Position numbers and translations under genes: made by a program
Assembly: GCA_043800755.1 (NCBI GenBank)
Contig: JAZDMQ010000037.1
Span: 1-29,765, forward strand
DNA: 29,765 nucleotides
Origin: a bacterium
Lineage (GTDB): Bacteria > Methylomirabilota > Methylomirabilia > CAVQYV01
Direction of reading: 5' to 3'
The notes under the pieces: model-generated
The model's input: the letters and a program-made list of their open reading frames with translations, nothing else
The model's database searches: none
Told to the model about the DNA's origin: nothing
Shown here: piece after piece, positions 16,910 through 27,523 of the stretch
Layout of the letters: each line of letters starts with the position of its first letter
Position numbering within the stretch: position 1 is the first letter of the stretch

Positions 16910-18637
16910 GTGAAAAGATGTTTCATGCACCTCGGCCTCGGGGGAATTTTATTCCTGCTCTTCATGGAATGGCTCTCTCTTCCAGTGGGCGCAATCCAGA
17001 CAGAGCCGGAGCGCATGCGGATCGCCATCGTCGATTTCAACATCATCGGGGAAGACCCCGGCGTCAAGGACATGGGCAGCATTGTGGCCGAGTGGCTCAT
17101 CACCTCCTTTGTGCAGTCCGGGCGATTTGAGGTGGTGGAGAGGTCTCAACTGCAGAAGATCTTGGAAGAACAAAAGTTGGCCCTGGCCGGTTTCGTGGCC
17201 CAGGACACAGCGGTCAAATTGGGCAAGGTCTTGGGGGTGAAGGTTATCATCTCCGGCACCCTGATCAAGATGGGGGAGGCCATTGAAATCAATTCTCGCC
17301 TGATCGACACCCAGGACGGATCCATCATCAAGGCCGAGAAGCGGAAGGCCAATCGGGTCTCAGATTTGGAAAATACCGTGGAGGACCTGGCGACCCAGAT
17401 CAAGGGGGACTTCCCCCTGCTGGGGTATGTGGTGAATTTGTCCCATTCGGAGGTTATGGTCGATCTGGGCTGGAAGCATGGGGCCGCCTTGAACCAAACC
17501 TTCATCGTCTTCCGCGAGGGAAAGCAGATTATCCATCCCACGACCAACCAGGTCCTGGCCGTCGAGGAGATCCCCATAGGAGAGATTCGCATCACCAAGG
17601 TGGATCGCATTACCTCCCTGGGAGCCATCATCAAGCAAACGGAGGACAAGAAGATCAAAACCGGGGACCGAGTCCGCACCCCCACCGGGGCCGCGATCTC
17701 CTCCAAGCCAGCTGAAATCAAGCCGTTGCCGCCTCCGCCGGAGGCCAGGGTAACGCCGCCCGAAGCACCAAAGGTACAGGGCCTGCATTTTTTGCTGAAG
17801 TGGGGCGGGGGCGGACGGACGCCCGGAAAATTCTCCGTCCCCCTGTCCCTGCACATCGACAAATATGATCGCGTCTATGTGGCGGATTCAGAAAACCACC
17901 GCATCCAGGTCTTTGACCGCCAAGGCCAATTTCTGCGCACCATCGGCAGAAAGGGCAGAGGGGAGGGAGAGTTTGCACTCCCCACCGGTGTCGCCGTGGA
18001 TGAAGAAGGGTGCATTTATGTGGTAGATTCCGGAAACCGCAGGGTGCAGAAGTTCGATCCCGAGGGGAGATACCTCCTTCAGTGGGGCAGCTCAGGGAGG
18101 AGGGAGGGAGGTGTCCAGTTTGCCGTCCCGAGCGGGATTGCCATTGGTAAAGATGGCACGATCTATGTGGCAGATTCCAAACTGGGGCGCATCCAATGCT
18201 TTGATCGCTCCGGCAATATACTCTTCGCCTTCGGCGAACGCGGAAGGGGACCTGGCGTCTTAAGTCGCCCCACCCATCTGACGACCGATCGCGAGGGGAA
18301 CCTCTGGGTGATCAATTCCGGCAATAATTGCCTTAAGAAGTATGACCGAAAGGGAAACTACCTGGCAACCATTGAGAGGAAAGGTCGCAGAGAATCCAAT
18401 TTTGTCCTTCCCTTGGGGATTGCGGCCTCCTCCGCCGGCCATCTGTATGTAGTGGATGGGGAGATGAATCGAGTGACCATCCTGGACGGGAATGGAACGC
18501 ACCTGTTCACCTTGGGAGAAAGGGGGAAAACGGAAGGAAAATTCTACGATCCCATAGATATTGCCCTCGATCGGGAGGGGAATACCTATATCTTGGAAAG
18601 GAGAGGGGCCCGCATCCAAAAATTTTCTCCCTTTTAG
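16910..18637 (+). CDS. Secreted protein: CsgG/FlgO-like domain, FlgT-C-like beta domain, NHL-repeat beta-propeller
   Basis: Signal peptide, VERSQLQKILEEQ, Pro-rich linker, six NHL repeats (F..P.G.A.D..G..YV.D..N.R.Q.F); AGGAGG RBS. Confidence 0.85.
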   Translation: MKRCFMHLGLGGILFLLFMEWLSLPVGAIQTEPERMRIAIVDFNIIGEDPGVKDMGSIVAEWLITSFVQSGRFEVVERSQLQKILEEQKLALAGFVAQDTAVKLGKVLGVKVIISGTLIKMGEAIEINSRLIDTQDGSIIKAEKRKANRVSDLENTVEDLATQIKGDFPLLGYVVNLSHSEVMVDLGWKHGAALNQTFIVFREGKQIIHPTTNQVLAVEEIPIGEIRITKVDRITSLGAIIKQTEDKKIKTGDRVRTPTGAAISSKPAEIKPLPPPPEARVTPPEAPKVQGLHFLLKWGGGGRTPGKFSVPLSLHIDKYDRVYVADSENHRIQVFDRQGQFLRTIGRKGRGEGEFALPTGVAVDEEGCIYVVDSGNRRVQKFDPEGRYLLQWGSSGRREGGVQFAVPSGIAIGKDGTIYVADSKLGRIQCFDRSGNILFAFGERGRGPGVLSRPTHLTTDREGNLWVINSGNNCLKKYDRKGNYLATIERKGRRESNFVLPLGIAASSAGHLYVVDGEMNRVTILDGNGTHLFTLGERGKTEGKFYDPIDIALDREGNTYILERRGARIQKFSPF

Positions 18638-18672
18638 CTCTGATCTTCGATCTTGGCCTCTGCTAACCTGGT

Positions 18673-20358
18673 ATGATCTCCAACCCAAAAGTCCTTTCAC
18701 GCTGCTACCTTCCCCTGGTCCTCCTCCTGCTCCTGGTGGCCTCTGCAATCCTCCTCTTTTTCCGACTCGGGGACATCGAGATGCGGCCCTGGGACGAATC
18801 CCTCTATGCCCTGCGAGCTAAGGAGATGTATTATTCTGGCCATTTCCTCGCCCCGATGCAAGGGGGAAAGGTGGCCTGGTCCTCGGGAAAACCTCCTTTA
18901 GGGTACTGGCTCATTCTTCTGAGCTTCCATCTGCTTGGACTCAATCCCCTGGCCCTCCGACTGCCCTTTGCCCTCGCCGGAGTCGGCTGCGTCTTCTTGC
19001 TCTTCATGGTTGGCCAGCAAATCGGGGATCGCCGTTTAGGCCTTTTCTCTGCCTTGGCACTATTGTTGATGCCGGGATTCCTGGACTACTCGCGACGGGC
19101 CATCCTGGAACCGCTCCTCACCTTCTTCTTCCTGGCAGCCCTCCTTCTTTTTCACCAATCCCACCGCTGCACCACAAGCAAATCCATCCTCTACAGCTTC
19201 GCCTCTGGCCTGGCCATCGGCTTGGCCATCCTCACCAAGCAGGTGGTGGGGCTCGTAATCCTTCCCGCCCTCTTGATCTATGAGATATACCACTGGAGAT
19301 GTCGCGGGGGCGAAGGCCACCTTGCCCGATCTGGATCCCTCCTCCTTGCCACGGTGGTCACCAGCGTTTGGTGGTTCCTGATCATGTATGGCCAATACGG
19401 GTCGATCTTCCTTCAATCCTATTTCGGAACTAATGTATTCCGCCGCCTGACCCACACCATCACCGCCCGTAAAACCATGGCGCGAGGATTTCACACCGTG
19501 CTGCTGCAACACACGGGTACCATTCCTCTCCTGGTGGGGCTGATCGGGCTGCTACTCCTTCTCTTGCTGCTCTGGCCCCGATTCAGCCGCCGGGTGGGAT
19601 CTCTGTTCCTTCCCCTCCGAGGGGGCTCTCTCTTTATCCCCTTTTTCCTCTTCTCTGCCACCTATTATCTCATCTTCGGAGTCATCTCCCGCACCCTCCT
19701 CTCCTGGTATCCCTTTCCCCTCTTGCCGCTCTTGGCCTTGGGCCAGGGCTATCTCCTTCGGATCTGCATAGAGGCCTCCGTCAGGAGGGAGGAGAGCCGC
19801 CTTTGGCGATTCGCTACCTTGTTTCCTCCTTTGTTGGCCTTCACCTTGGCCTTCTCCCAAAAACTCCACTGGGCCTTCCTCTTCCTGATTCCCCTGCTCT
19901 TCCTCCACTTGCTCCTCCTGGCGGGCGAATCAACGGTGGTAAAGGTGGAGATCACCCAAGAAAGGAGGGCATCCTTCCTTTGGGGCCTGGGGCTCTTTTT
20001 TCTTGCCCTTTTCTTTTCGTTCTCCGCCCACCTCGCTTGGCAGGGGCAAACCTATCACTCTCCAGACCCCTACAAGGAGGTGGCCGTCCAGGTAAAGGTC
20101 TCCCGCCCAGAGGAGGTTTTATTCGATGCGGATATCGGGGGTGACCTCTGGGACAAGATCAACCCGCTCAGGTTCTATCTGGAGATACCGGTCCGCAAGG
20201 CCCAGGTAGAATCCTATCTGAGGGGAGACGGTGCTGGAAAAGGAGAAATGATCATCACCAGCAGGGCCCGCTGGATGGCATTGAGGGGCACGGCATCGGG
20301 AGGCAGACCGGCCCAGCTGCTTCCCGGAAACGACCTGGTGCTTTTGGAGACCAGATAA
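18673..20358 (+). CDS. ArnT/PMT-like (GT-C) glycosyltransferase
   Basis: WDESLYA..AKEM, KPPL.YW, RLP and LTK motifs, many TMs. Confidence 0.85.
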   Translation: MISNPKVLSRCYLPLVLLLLLVASAILLFFRLGDIEMRPWDESLYALRAKEMYYSGHFLAPMQGGKVAWSSGKPPLGYWLILLSFHLLGLNPLALRLPFALAGVGCVFLLFMVGQQIGDRRLGLFSALALLLMPGFLDYSRRAILEPLLTFFFLAALLLFHQSHRCTTSKSILYSFASGLAIGLAILTKQVVGLVILPALLIYEIYHWRCRGGEGHLARSGSLLLATVVTSVWWFLIMYGQYGSIFLQSYFGTNVFRRLTHTITARKTMARGFHTVLLQHTGTIPLLVGLIGLLLLLLLLWPRFSRRVGSLFLPLRGGSLFIPFFLFSATYYLIFGVISRTLLSWYPFPLLPLLALGQGYLLRICIEASVRREESRLWRFATLFPPLLAFTLAFSQKLHWAFLFLIPLLFLHLLLLAGESTVVKVEITQERRASFLWGLGLFFLALFFSFSAHLAWQGQTYHSPDPYKEVAVQVKVSRPEEVLFDADIGGDLWDKINPLRFYLEIPVRKAQVESYLRGDGAGKGEMIITSRARWMALRGTASGGRPAQLLPGNDLVLLETR

Positions 20359-20397
20359 AAAAAGGGGATGACCCTCTGTTTTGGAGGACCATCCCCT
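20357..20397 (-). terminator. Intrinsic terminator downstream of clpX, possibly bidirectional
   Basis: AGGGGATG/CATCCCCT stem followed by a U7 tract on the minus strand, between convergent genes. Confidence 0.65.
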
Positions 20398-20419
20398 GCA
20401 AACGACTGCGTTTCAAGGA

Positions 20420-21667
20420 TCAGGCAGATTCGACTTTGGACTTGTAGAGGAGGATGGGGCTCTTACGTTCGGCCACTGCCTCTCGATTGATGATCACCTC
20501 GGAGATGCTGGACTGGGAGGGGACATCGTACATCAAGTCCAACATGAGGTCTTCGAGGATGGAACGCAGGCCCCTCGCCCCGGTTTCCCGCTTCACCGCC
20601 TGGCGGGCAATGGCCATGATCGCATCATCGGTGAAGGTGAGCTTCACCTTCTCGAATTCGAAGTATTTCTGGTATTGCTTAATCAGACAATTCCTCGGCT
20701 CCACCAAAATGCGCATCAAGGCCTTTTCATCCAACTCGTGCAGGGGCGCCACCACCGGCAGTCGGCCTACCAACTCCGGGATCAGGCCGAATTTGATCAG
20801 GTCGTCGGGCTGGATCTCAGAGAGAACATGGCCAATGCTCTTGTCCCTCTTGCCCTGGATGGCGGCACCAAACCCCATGCCCTTCTTGCCGATCCTTTCC
20901 TCCACGATTTTCTCCAGGCCGATAAAGGCCCCGCCGCAGATGAAGAGGATATTGGTGGTATCGACCTGAACATATTCCTGCTGGGGGTGCTTTCGTCCAC
21001 CCTGAGGGGGGACATTGGCGATCGTCCCCTCCAGGATCTTTAAGAGGGCCTGCTGCACCCCTTCCCCCGAAACATCCCGGGTAATGGACGGATTCTCCGA
21101 TTTGCGTGCAATCTTGTCGATCTCGTCGATATAGACAATCCCCCGCTCTGCCTTCTCCACATCGTAGTCGGCCACCTGCAGGAGCCTGAGGATCACATTC
21201 TCCACATCCTCTCCCACATAGCCCGCCTCGGTGAGGGTGGTGGCGTCGGCAATGGTGAAGGGCGCATCCAAGACCCGGGCCAGGGTCTCAGCCAGCAGGG
21301 TTTTTCCGCACCCGGTGGGCCCCACCAGCAAGATATTGGATTTCGCCAACTCCACCTCGTCGAAGTCCCGGTGGGAATCGATCCTCTTATAGTGATTGTG
21401 GACCGCCACCGAAAGGATTTTCTTGGCCCTCTCCTGGCCGACCACATATTGATCGAGAGTCAACTTGATCTCGACGGGCTTGGGCAGGGCCCCCGCCTCC
21501 TTCGCCCGTTTGTCCTCCCATTCTTCTGCGATGATGTCGTTGCATAGCTCGATACATTCGTCACAGATGTAGACCGTTGGCCCCGCAATCAGCTTACGGA
21601 CATCATCCTGCCCCTTGCCACAAAAGGAACAGCGGAGGCCCCCGTCTGGTTTTCCTGCCTTGGCCAT
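20420..21667 (-). CDS. clpX: ATP-dependent Clp protease ATP-binding subunit ClpX
   Basis: CSFC..CDEC zinc finger, GPTGCGKT Walker A, IDEIDK, RKHP and MGFG loop. Confidence 0.98.
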   Translation of the reverse strand: MAKAGKPDGGLRCSFCGKGQDDVRKLIAGPTVYICDECIELCNDIIAEEWEDKRAKEAGALPKPVEIKLTLDQYVVGQERAKKILSVAVHNHYKRIDSHRDFDEVELAKSNILLVGPTGCGKTLLAETLARVLDAPFTIADATTLTEAGYVGEDVENVILRLLQVADYDVEKAERGIVYIDEIDKIARKSENPSITRDVSGEGVQQALLKILEGTIANVPPQGGRKHPQQEYVQVDTTNILFICGGAFIGLEKIVEERIGKKGMGFGAAIQGKRDKSIGHVLSEIQPDDLIKFGLIPELVGRLPVVAPLHELDEKALMRILVEPRNCLIKQYQKYFEFEKVKLTFTDDAIMAIARQAVKRETGARGLRSILEDLMLDLMYDVPSQSSISEVIINREAVAERKSPILLYKSKVESA

Positions 21668-21688
21668 TATCCTTTCCTTCGATAACGA

Positions 21689-22270
21689 CTACCTGTGCTC
21701 GATAACATCATCGATAATCCCGTATTCCTTTGCCTGCTCGGCAGACATGAAAAAGTCCCGGTCCGTCTCTCTCTCGATCTTATCCAGCGGCTGATGGGTG
21801 TGTTTCGCCAAGATCTTATTGATCTCCGCGCGCATGCGTAGGATCTCGCGCGCCTGAATGTCGATATCGGTCGCCTGCCCCTGAACACCTCCCAAAGGTT
21901 GGTGGATCATGATGCGGGCATGGGGGAGGGCCGATCTCTTGCCTTTGGTGCCAGCGGCCAAGAGCAAAGCCCCCATACTGGCTGCCTGCCCCATGCATAT
22001 GGTGCAGACCGCGGGCTTCACAAATTGAATCGTATCGTAGATCGCCAGACCAGCGGTCACCGACCCCCCAGGGCAATTGATGTAAAGACTGATGTCCTTG
22101 TCGGGATCTTCCGCCTCTAAAAAGAGGAGTTGGGCGATTACTAGGTTCGCATCGATGTCGTCGATGGGAGTCCCAATGAAGATGATGCGATCCTTTAATA
22201 ATCGGGAGAAGATGTCGTAAGCACGCTCCCCCCGTGCTGTTTGTTCTACCACAATGGGTACCAGATTCAT
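21689..22270 (-). CDS. clpP: ATP-dependent Clp protease proteolytic subunit ClpP
   Basis: [23 protein letters not shown] and DRDFFM motifs; start reassigned to ATG 22270. Confidence 0.98.
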   Translation of the reverse strand: MNLVPIVVEQTARGERAYDIFSRLLKDRIIFIGTPIDDIDANLVIAQLLFLEAEDPDKDISLYINCPGGSVTAGLAIYDTIQFVKPAVCTICMGQAASMGALLLAAGTKGKRSALPHARIMIHQPLGGVQGQATDIDIQAREILRMRAEINKILAKHTHQPLDKIERETDRDFFMSAEQAKEYGIIDDVIEHR

Positions 22271-22283
22271 ATCTCTTCCTGCC

Positions 22284-23582
22284 TTAAGCCAAAACGATTC
22301 GATCGCCGGTGATAATGTGGGCCCGCTCAAAGAGCAGGTCGAGGGTCTTCCTCTCCTGCAAAACCCGCTTCACCTGCACCAGCCCGTCCCTCTCCTCGAA
22401 ATATCGCCTCAAGGCGGCAGCGTCCTGTTTCAAGGATGCGGATAAATCTTCCAATTCCTTTTGAATCTCCTCCTCGGAGGCCTCCACCTGCTCCTTCTCC
22501 GCGATCGCCTCCAGGACCAAGGAGTTCTTCACCCTCCTGCCCGCCTGATCCCGCAGCCTCTCGCGAAGGCTCGCCTCATTCAGGTCCAGATCTTTCAAGG
22601 TTGCGCGCCGCGCCGCGAGAGACCGGAGGGTGCTCTCCATCAGGTGTTCCAACTCCTCCTCCACCAGGGAAGGAGGGGCTTCAAACGGGGTGGACTCCAG
22701 CACTTTCCCTAGGATCTCCTCCTTTAGGACACTATCCCGGTCCCTCTCCTTCTCCGCCAGCAGTTCCTTCCTCAGCTTTTCCTTCAGATCATTGAGGGTT
22801 CCTTCCTCTCCTATCTCCTTCGGGAATTCCTCGTTAAGCTCAGGAACCCGCTTTTTCTTGATCTCTCGGATCTTTAACCGAAAGGGCACCTTCTTGCCCG
22901 CCAGTTCCTTCTTGATAAAATCAGGGGGGGGAGTGACCTCCAGCTCCTTTGCCTCGTCCTTTTGCATATCTATTAATGCCATCTCCAAGTCCGGGAGCAA
23001 GGTGCGGGAGCCCAAGATAACCGGGAAGTTCTCCCGGCTGAGGTCCTTGACCACCTTCTTGTTCACCAGTCCTTCGATATCCACATAGACCAGGTCTCCC
23101 TCTAAGGCCGGCCATCCCTCCATGGGGACGAACTGGGAAGCCCTATCCTGGAGAAGCTTGAGGGCCTGTTCCACCTCTTCGTCCTTGACCTCTACCGGCT
23201 TTTGCAGCACCTCAATGCCCAGATAATCCTTCACCTCCAGGTCGGGTTTGACCTCCACCGTGACGCGGAAACGGAGGGTGCGATCGGGCTCCAGGCTCAC
23301 CCGATCCACCTCAGGCGACCCTACGGTGCGGACCTTCTGGGCCTCGATCGCTTCCAGGTAGGCTTGCGGGATGAGATCCTTAATGACCTGGTCCTCGATC
23401 TCCTTGCGAAAATGCATCTCCAGCACTGGCCTGGGTATCTTCCCCCTGCGGAAGCCTGGCACTGCCGCCTTCTGTCCCCAATCCCGATAGGCCTCTTCCA
23501 GTTTGGGCTGCACCTGGTCTGGACCTACCTCGATCGAGAGGGCTCGTTTTATTGGGCTCAATACTTCAGTCTCTACTTTCAT
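22284..23582 (-). CDS. tig: Trigger factor
   Basis: PGFRRGKIP ribosome-binding motif and tig-clpP-clpX order; start ATG 23582 (the longer ORF overlaps tRNA-Leu). Confidence 0.95.
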   Translation of the reverse strand: MKVETEVLSPIKRALSIEVGPDQVQPKLEEAYRDWGQKAAVPGFRRGKIPRPVLEMHFRKEIEDQVIKDLIPQAYLEAIEAQKVRTVGSPEVDRVSLEPDRTLRFRVTVEVKPDLEVKDYLGIEVLQKPVEVKDEEVEQALKLLQDRASQFVPMEGWPALEGDLVYVDIEGLVNKKVVKDLSRENFPVILGSRTLLPDLEMALIDMQKDEAKELEVTPPPDFIKKELAGKKVPFRLKIREIKKKRVPELNEEFPKEIGEEGTLNDLKEKLRKELLAEKERDRDSVLKEEILGKVLESTPFEAPPSLVEEELEHLMESTLRSLAARRATLKDLDLNEASLRERLRDQAGRRVKNSLVLEAIAEKEQVEASEEEIQKELEDLSASLKQDAAALRRYFEERDGLVQVKRVLQERKTLDLLFERAHIITGDRIVLA

Positions 23583-23637
23583 TCCCCTTCTACCAACCGG
23601 CTCTCCATTTGGTTGAGCTCGTTCCGTTCCCAACGAA

Positions 23638-23725
<88 letters not shown>

Positions 23726-23783
23726 AAGACCCCTGGGCCTTCGCCCAGGGCCCTTTTTGATATACTTCCAATAATCACATTCT

Positions 23784-23860
23784 TGGTGGGCCGTAGAGGA
23801 ATCGAACCTCTGACCCGCTGATTAAGAGTCAGCTGCTCTGCCTGGCTGAGCTAACGGCCC
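23784..23860 (-). tRNA. tRNA-Lys(CTT)
   Basis: GGGCCGT acceptor, loop CT-CTT-AA, GTTCGATTC, CCA end. Confidence 0.95.
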
Positions 23861-23959
23861 ATCATATCAGATTCAATATCCATCAAATGGGCTAAGGAGC
23901 AACCGGCCCAGAATCTCTTCCAGCCCTCCTCCCATCGCCGCCCGCTTGCTTTCCTCTCT

Positions 23960-24035
<76 letters not shown>

Positions 24036-24123
24036 CTTGGACCAGGCACCCTGCCGGCGCCATCCTGGGAAAGGCGTCGAGTCGGCAGCGCATAGGCCGA
24101 CGGCGTCCTTCCCTTCCTTAGCT

Positions 24124-24200
24124 TGGCGCGCCCAGCAGGGCTCGAACCTGCGACCTACGGATTCGAAGTCCGGCGCTCTTTCCATCTGAGCTATGGGCGC
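24124..24200 (-). tRNA. tRNA-Arg(TCG)
   Basis: GCGCCCA acceptor, loop CT-TCG-AA, GTTCGAGCC, CCA end. Confidence 0.93.
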
Positions 24201-24202
24201 AC

Positions 24203-24256
24203 AAAAAAACCATCAGCCCCTTGATAAGCCCGGAAGACTAAGGTCGGCTGAAGGCC
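24203..24256 (-). terminator. Terminator-like hairpin inside the tRNA cluster
   Basis: CCTTCAGCC...GGCTGATGG followed by T7, between tRNA-His and tRNA-Arg(TCG). Confidence 0.45.
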
Positions 24257-24262
24257 ATAGGT

Positions 24263-24340
24263 TGGGGTGAACGGAGGGACTCGAACCCTCAACCCCTGGA
24301 GCCACAGTCCAGTGCTCTGACCAATTGAGCTACGCTCACC
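24263..24340 (-). tRNA. tRNA-His(GTG)
   Basis: Encoded G-1 and C73 discriminator, loop CT-GTG-GC, GTTCGAGTC, CCA end. Confidence 0.95.
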
Positions 24341-24438
24341 ACAGAAAATATCTGAAGAGCAAAGAGATGCGGAACGCCAATCTACCTTGCTCTTGAAGCC
24401 CCCCACTAGGGGGAGCCTTCGCTCACACGGCACTTTGA

Positions 24439-24516
24439 TGGCGCGCCTGAGAGGATTTGAACCTCCGACACACGGCTCCGGAGGCCGTTGCTCTATCCGG
24501 GCTGAGCTACAGGCGC
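24439..24516 (-). tRNA. tRNA-Arg(CCG)
   Basis: GCGCCTG acceptor, loop CT-CCG-GA, GTTCAAATC, CCA end. Confidence 0.95.
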
Positions 24517-24580
24517 ACAAGTGCTGTCAATATCCGATCAATGAATCCCCTATCCCGCCGGTGCTGCTCTTTCTTTTCGC

Positions 24581-24657
24581 TGGTCGGGGTGAGAGGATTT
24601 GAACCTCCGACCCCCTGCTCCCAAAGCAGGTGCGCTTCCGGGCTGCGCCACACCCCG
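24581..24657 (-). tRNA. tRNA-Pro(TGG)
   Basis: CGGGGTG acceptor, loop TT-TGG-GA, GTTCAAATC, CCA end. Confidence 0.95.
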
Positions 24658-24719
24658 CAGAGATAACTGATCCGACCTTCGTTCTCAATAGGAACCTGCG
24701 AGCTAACCCTGCTAAGCTG

Positions 24720-25382
24720 TCAATCCTCCGGTGGGTCGCTTCCTGGCTTTGCCGCCCTCTGGCACCCATAAGGATCACTCTGGGTTATCTCCCGGAGGAT
24801 TTCCTTGGCCTTCTCGATAGCACGGCCTCGATGGCTCACTCGGTTCTTTAGCTCCGGCTCTATCTCGGCCATTGTTTTTTCATAAGACGGAAGATAAAAG
24901 ATGGGGTCGTAGCCAAACCCCCCTGTACCCCTCGGATGCTCGGCGATGTTCCCCTGGCACTCACCATGGACCAGGCAGCAAGTCCCATCCGTCCTGGCGA
25001 TGGCTATCACACACCGGAACCTGGCCTTCCGCTCTCCTCCCCGATATCCCCTCATCAGTTCCAGTATTCTTGAATTACGATCGCGATCGCTGGTCTTCTC
25101 CCCCAGAAACCGAGCAGAATGAACGCCAGGTCCACCGCCTAATGCCTCAATCTCCAGGGAAGAGTCATCTGCTAAGGTAATGTGCCCGGTGGCCTTGGCC
25201 ACTTCCAAGGCCTTCTTTCGAGCATTCTCCTCCAGGGTCTCTCCAGCTTCATCGACGGAAGGGATATGAGGATAATCAATGAGGGAATGAAGGAGATAAC
25301 CCTCTCCTTGGAGAAGGTCACTAATCTCTCGCAGTTTGCCTCTATTACGGGTGGCGATAAAGATTATATTTTTTGGCTCCAC
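24720..25382 (-). CDS. rdgB: XTP/dITP diphosphatase (Ham1/RdgB family)
   Basis: ATRNRGKLRE, ENA..KA, LADDS, FGYDPIF and KNRVSHR motifs; start probably GTG 25382 or TTG 25391. Confidence 0.93.
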   Translation of the reverse strand: MEPKNIIFIATRNRGKLREISDLLQGEGYLLHSLIDYPHIPSVDEAGETLEENARKKALEVAKATGHITLADDSSLEIEALGGGPGVHSARFLGEKTSDRDRNSRILELMRGYRGGERKARFRCVIAIARTDGTCCLVHGECQGNIAEHPRGTGGFGYDPIFYLPSYEKTMAEIEPELKNRVSHRGRAIEKAKEILREITQSDPYGCQRAAKPGSDPPED

Positions 25383-25392
25383 CTTTGTCAAG

Positions 25393-26130
25393 CTACATTT
25401 TCGACGCGGCGATCCCCGCACCCAGTATCTTTTGCTGAAGGGAAATGAGTTCTCGAATCCCCGAGGCCGCCAGCGAGATCATCTTATCCATCAACTCCTT
25501 GTCGAAAGGTGCTTCCTCGGCCGTCCCCTGGACCTCCACGAACTTTCCCATGCCAGTCATCACCACATTCATATCCACCTGGGCGATGGAATCCTCGGCG
25601 TAGCACAAATCGAGCAGGGCCTTCCCCTCCACAAAACCGACGCTCACGGCTGCCACGAAGTCTCTAATCACCGCCCTCCTGATTAACCCTGCCTCCCGTA
25701 GATGGACAATGGCATCGGAGAGTGCCACAAAAGACCCCGTAATGGCCGCGGTGCGAGTACCTCCGTCCGCCTGAATTACATCACAATCAATCCAAATCGT
25801 CCTCTCTCCTAGTGCCTCCAGGTCGGTTACCGCTCGCAGAGAACGGCCCACAAGCCTTTGGATTTCATGCGTTCGCCCCCCAACCCTCCCCTGGGTTGAT
25901 TCGCGCAAAAGGCGCGTCTTGGTGGAACGAGGAAGCATTCCGTATTCCGCCGTAACCCATCCTTGACCACTATCCTTGAGAAAGGGGGGGACCTTGTCTT
26001 CAACGGTGGCGGTGCAAACGATTCGGGTATCGCCAACCTCGATGAGGGATGAGCCTTCAGCAAACTTGATGTATTCCCGCTCAATCCTTGCACGACGCAT
26101 CTGGTGATCAGCCCGTCCGTCAATACGCAT
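25393..26130 (-). CDS. rph: Ribonuclease PH
   Basis: [38 protein letters not shown] and EVQGTAE motifs. Confidence 0.97.
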   Translation of the reverse strand: MRIDGRADHQMRRARIEREYIKFAEGSSLIEVGDTRIVCTATVEDKVPPFLKDSGQGWVTAEYGMLPRSTKTRLLRESTQGRVGGRTHEIQRLVGRSLRAVTDLEALGERTIWIDCDVIQADGGTRTAAITGSFVALSDAIVHLREAGLIRRAVIRDFVAAVSVGFVEGKALLDLCYAEDSIAQVDMNVVMTGMGKFVEVQGTAEEAPFDKELMDKMISLAASGIRELISLQQKILGAGIAASKM

Positions 26131-26148
26131 GATCCCTCCCGATCTATG

Positions 26149-26949
26149 TTAAACCAAATCAACCTGGTGCACTGGGGGAAGATCCTCATGGAGGAAAAGT
26201 CTTCCAACCCTCTCAAATCTTTGGGGAAGGTAGGTCACATAAATATGCGACTCTCCGTCGCCTTCCATCCGCCGGAGACCATTTTCCTCCAAAAGCGATA
26301 CCACCTCTCCGCTAGTCGCCTCTGCGGAATCGATGATCCGGACTCCCTCTCCCACTACCTTTCGAAAAGTAGCCTTGAGCAAGGGATAGTGGGTGCATCC
26401 CAAAACCAGCGTGTCGATCTCACCCTTCCGGAGATCTGCCAAATAATGTTCCGTTACCTTGGTGGCGATCTCATTATCCAACCAGCCCTCCTCCACCAAA
26501 GAAACCAAGAGCGGACAGGATTGGGAGAGGACCGCGAGAGAGGGGTTTAATCGGCGAATGGCTTTGGGGTAGGCTTGGCTAGAAATGGTCCCCTCGGTTC
26601 CGATGATCCCGATTCTCCCCTTGGAGACCGCCACCGCGGCCTTGGCCCCTGGGTCCACTACTCCAATGGCGGGGAGCGGGAATCTCTCCTGGATCATCTC
26701 CAGACTGTAGGCCGAGGCGGTATTGCAGGCCACCACCAACATTTTCACCTGATGCTTCAGCAAAAAGGCCGTGTTCTCCAAGGCATAACGGACCACGGTG
26801 GCTGGCGATTTGGTGCCGTAGGGGAACCTGGCAGTGTCCCCCAGGTAGATGAGCCGCTCCTGGGGAAGTGCCTTGCGAATCTCCTTGAAGACAGTGAGGC
26901 CCCCAATCCCCGAATCGAAAATACCAATAGGCTTGTCAGCTTCTCTCAT
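26149..26949 (-). CDS. murI: Glutamate racemase
   Basis: FDSGIGGLTV, PYGTKS, VACNTAS and LGCTHYP motifs. Confidence 0.97.
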   Translation of the reverse strand: MREADKPIGIFDSGIGGLTVFKEIRKALPQERLIYLGDTARFPYGTKSPATVVRYALENTAFLLKHQVKMLVVACNTASAYSLEMIQERFPLPAIGVVDPGAKAAVAVSKGRIGIIGTEGTISSQAYPKAIRRLNPSLAVLSQSCPLLVSLVEEGWLDNEIATKVTEHYLADLRKGEIDTLVLGCTHYPLLKATFRKVVGEGVRIIDSAEATSGEVVSLLEENGLRRMEGDGESHIYVTYLPQRFERVGRLFLHEDLPPVHQVDLV

Positions 26950-27508
26950 CGAAATCCACCCTCGGTTTCAATGGCCTTCGCAGATCGATATGACCCGCCA
27001 GGGTTTCGATCTCTGACCCTTCGATCAGGATCTTCACCCTTTTGACCTGGTCAAAGTTATAGGCCAATGTATCCACGATGCTGTAAACCGCCAGCAGCTC
27101 CGCCCTGCTTCCTCCGGGATGAAGGTCGCGAAGCGCGGGACCGAAATCGACATAGGCGATTCCCTGACCATCGATGTAAAGCTGCCGCAGTTGGATTCCG
27201 GGAGGGAGGGGAGAGACCAACTCCGAGCCGGGACCTTTAATCAGCTCCAGCAAGGCCGTTTTGGCCTCCTCATGAACAGCCCCCGCCTTGATCTCCCTCA
27301 TCTCCTCTTGCAAAGACCCCTCGTCGGCGGAGGCAAAGAAAAGACGCACCGATCTCTTTGGCTCCAGGGATGGCGAGGATAAGCCCGGACCAGGGGAAGG
27401 AGGAAGGGGAAGGGTCGTCCTTCTCATCCAAATCTGGTAGGCGAGGGTTGCCGATAACACGCCGATTAATACCAGAAGAGTCAGAATCCTACCATGTGAT
27501 GTCTTCAA
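26936..27508 (-). CDS. GerMN domain-containing membrane-anchored protein
   Basis: N-terminal TM; LIKGP, AYVDF, ELLAVYSIVDTL and V.ILIEG...TLAGHIDL motifs; amidase-GerMN-murI order. Confidence 0.85.
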   Translation of the reverse strand: MKTSHGRILTLLVLIGVLSATLAYQIWMRRTTLPLPPSPGPGLSSPSLEPKRSVRLFFASADEGSLQEEMREIKAGAVHEEAKTALLELIKGPGSELVSPLPPGIQLRQLYIDGQGIAYVDFGPALRDLHPGGSRAELLAVYSIVDTLAYNFDQVKRVKILIEGSEIETLAGHIDLRRPLKPRVDFDERS

Positions 27509-27523
27509 CGGCCCCGCCCTGGA

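Noticed and set aside
23730..23758. Terminator between tRNA-Lys and tRNA-Leu
   Set aside because: The CCCTGGGC/GCCCAGGG stem is real, but its T tract is on the plus strand, opposite to the tRNA transcript
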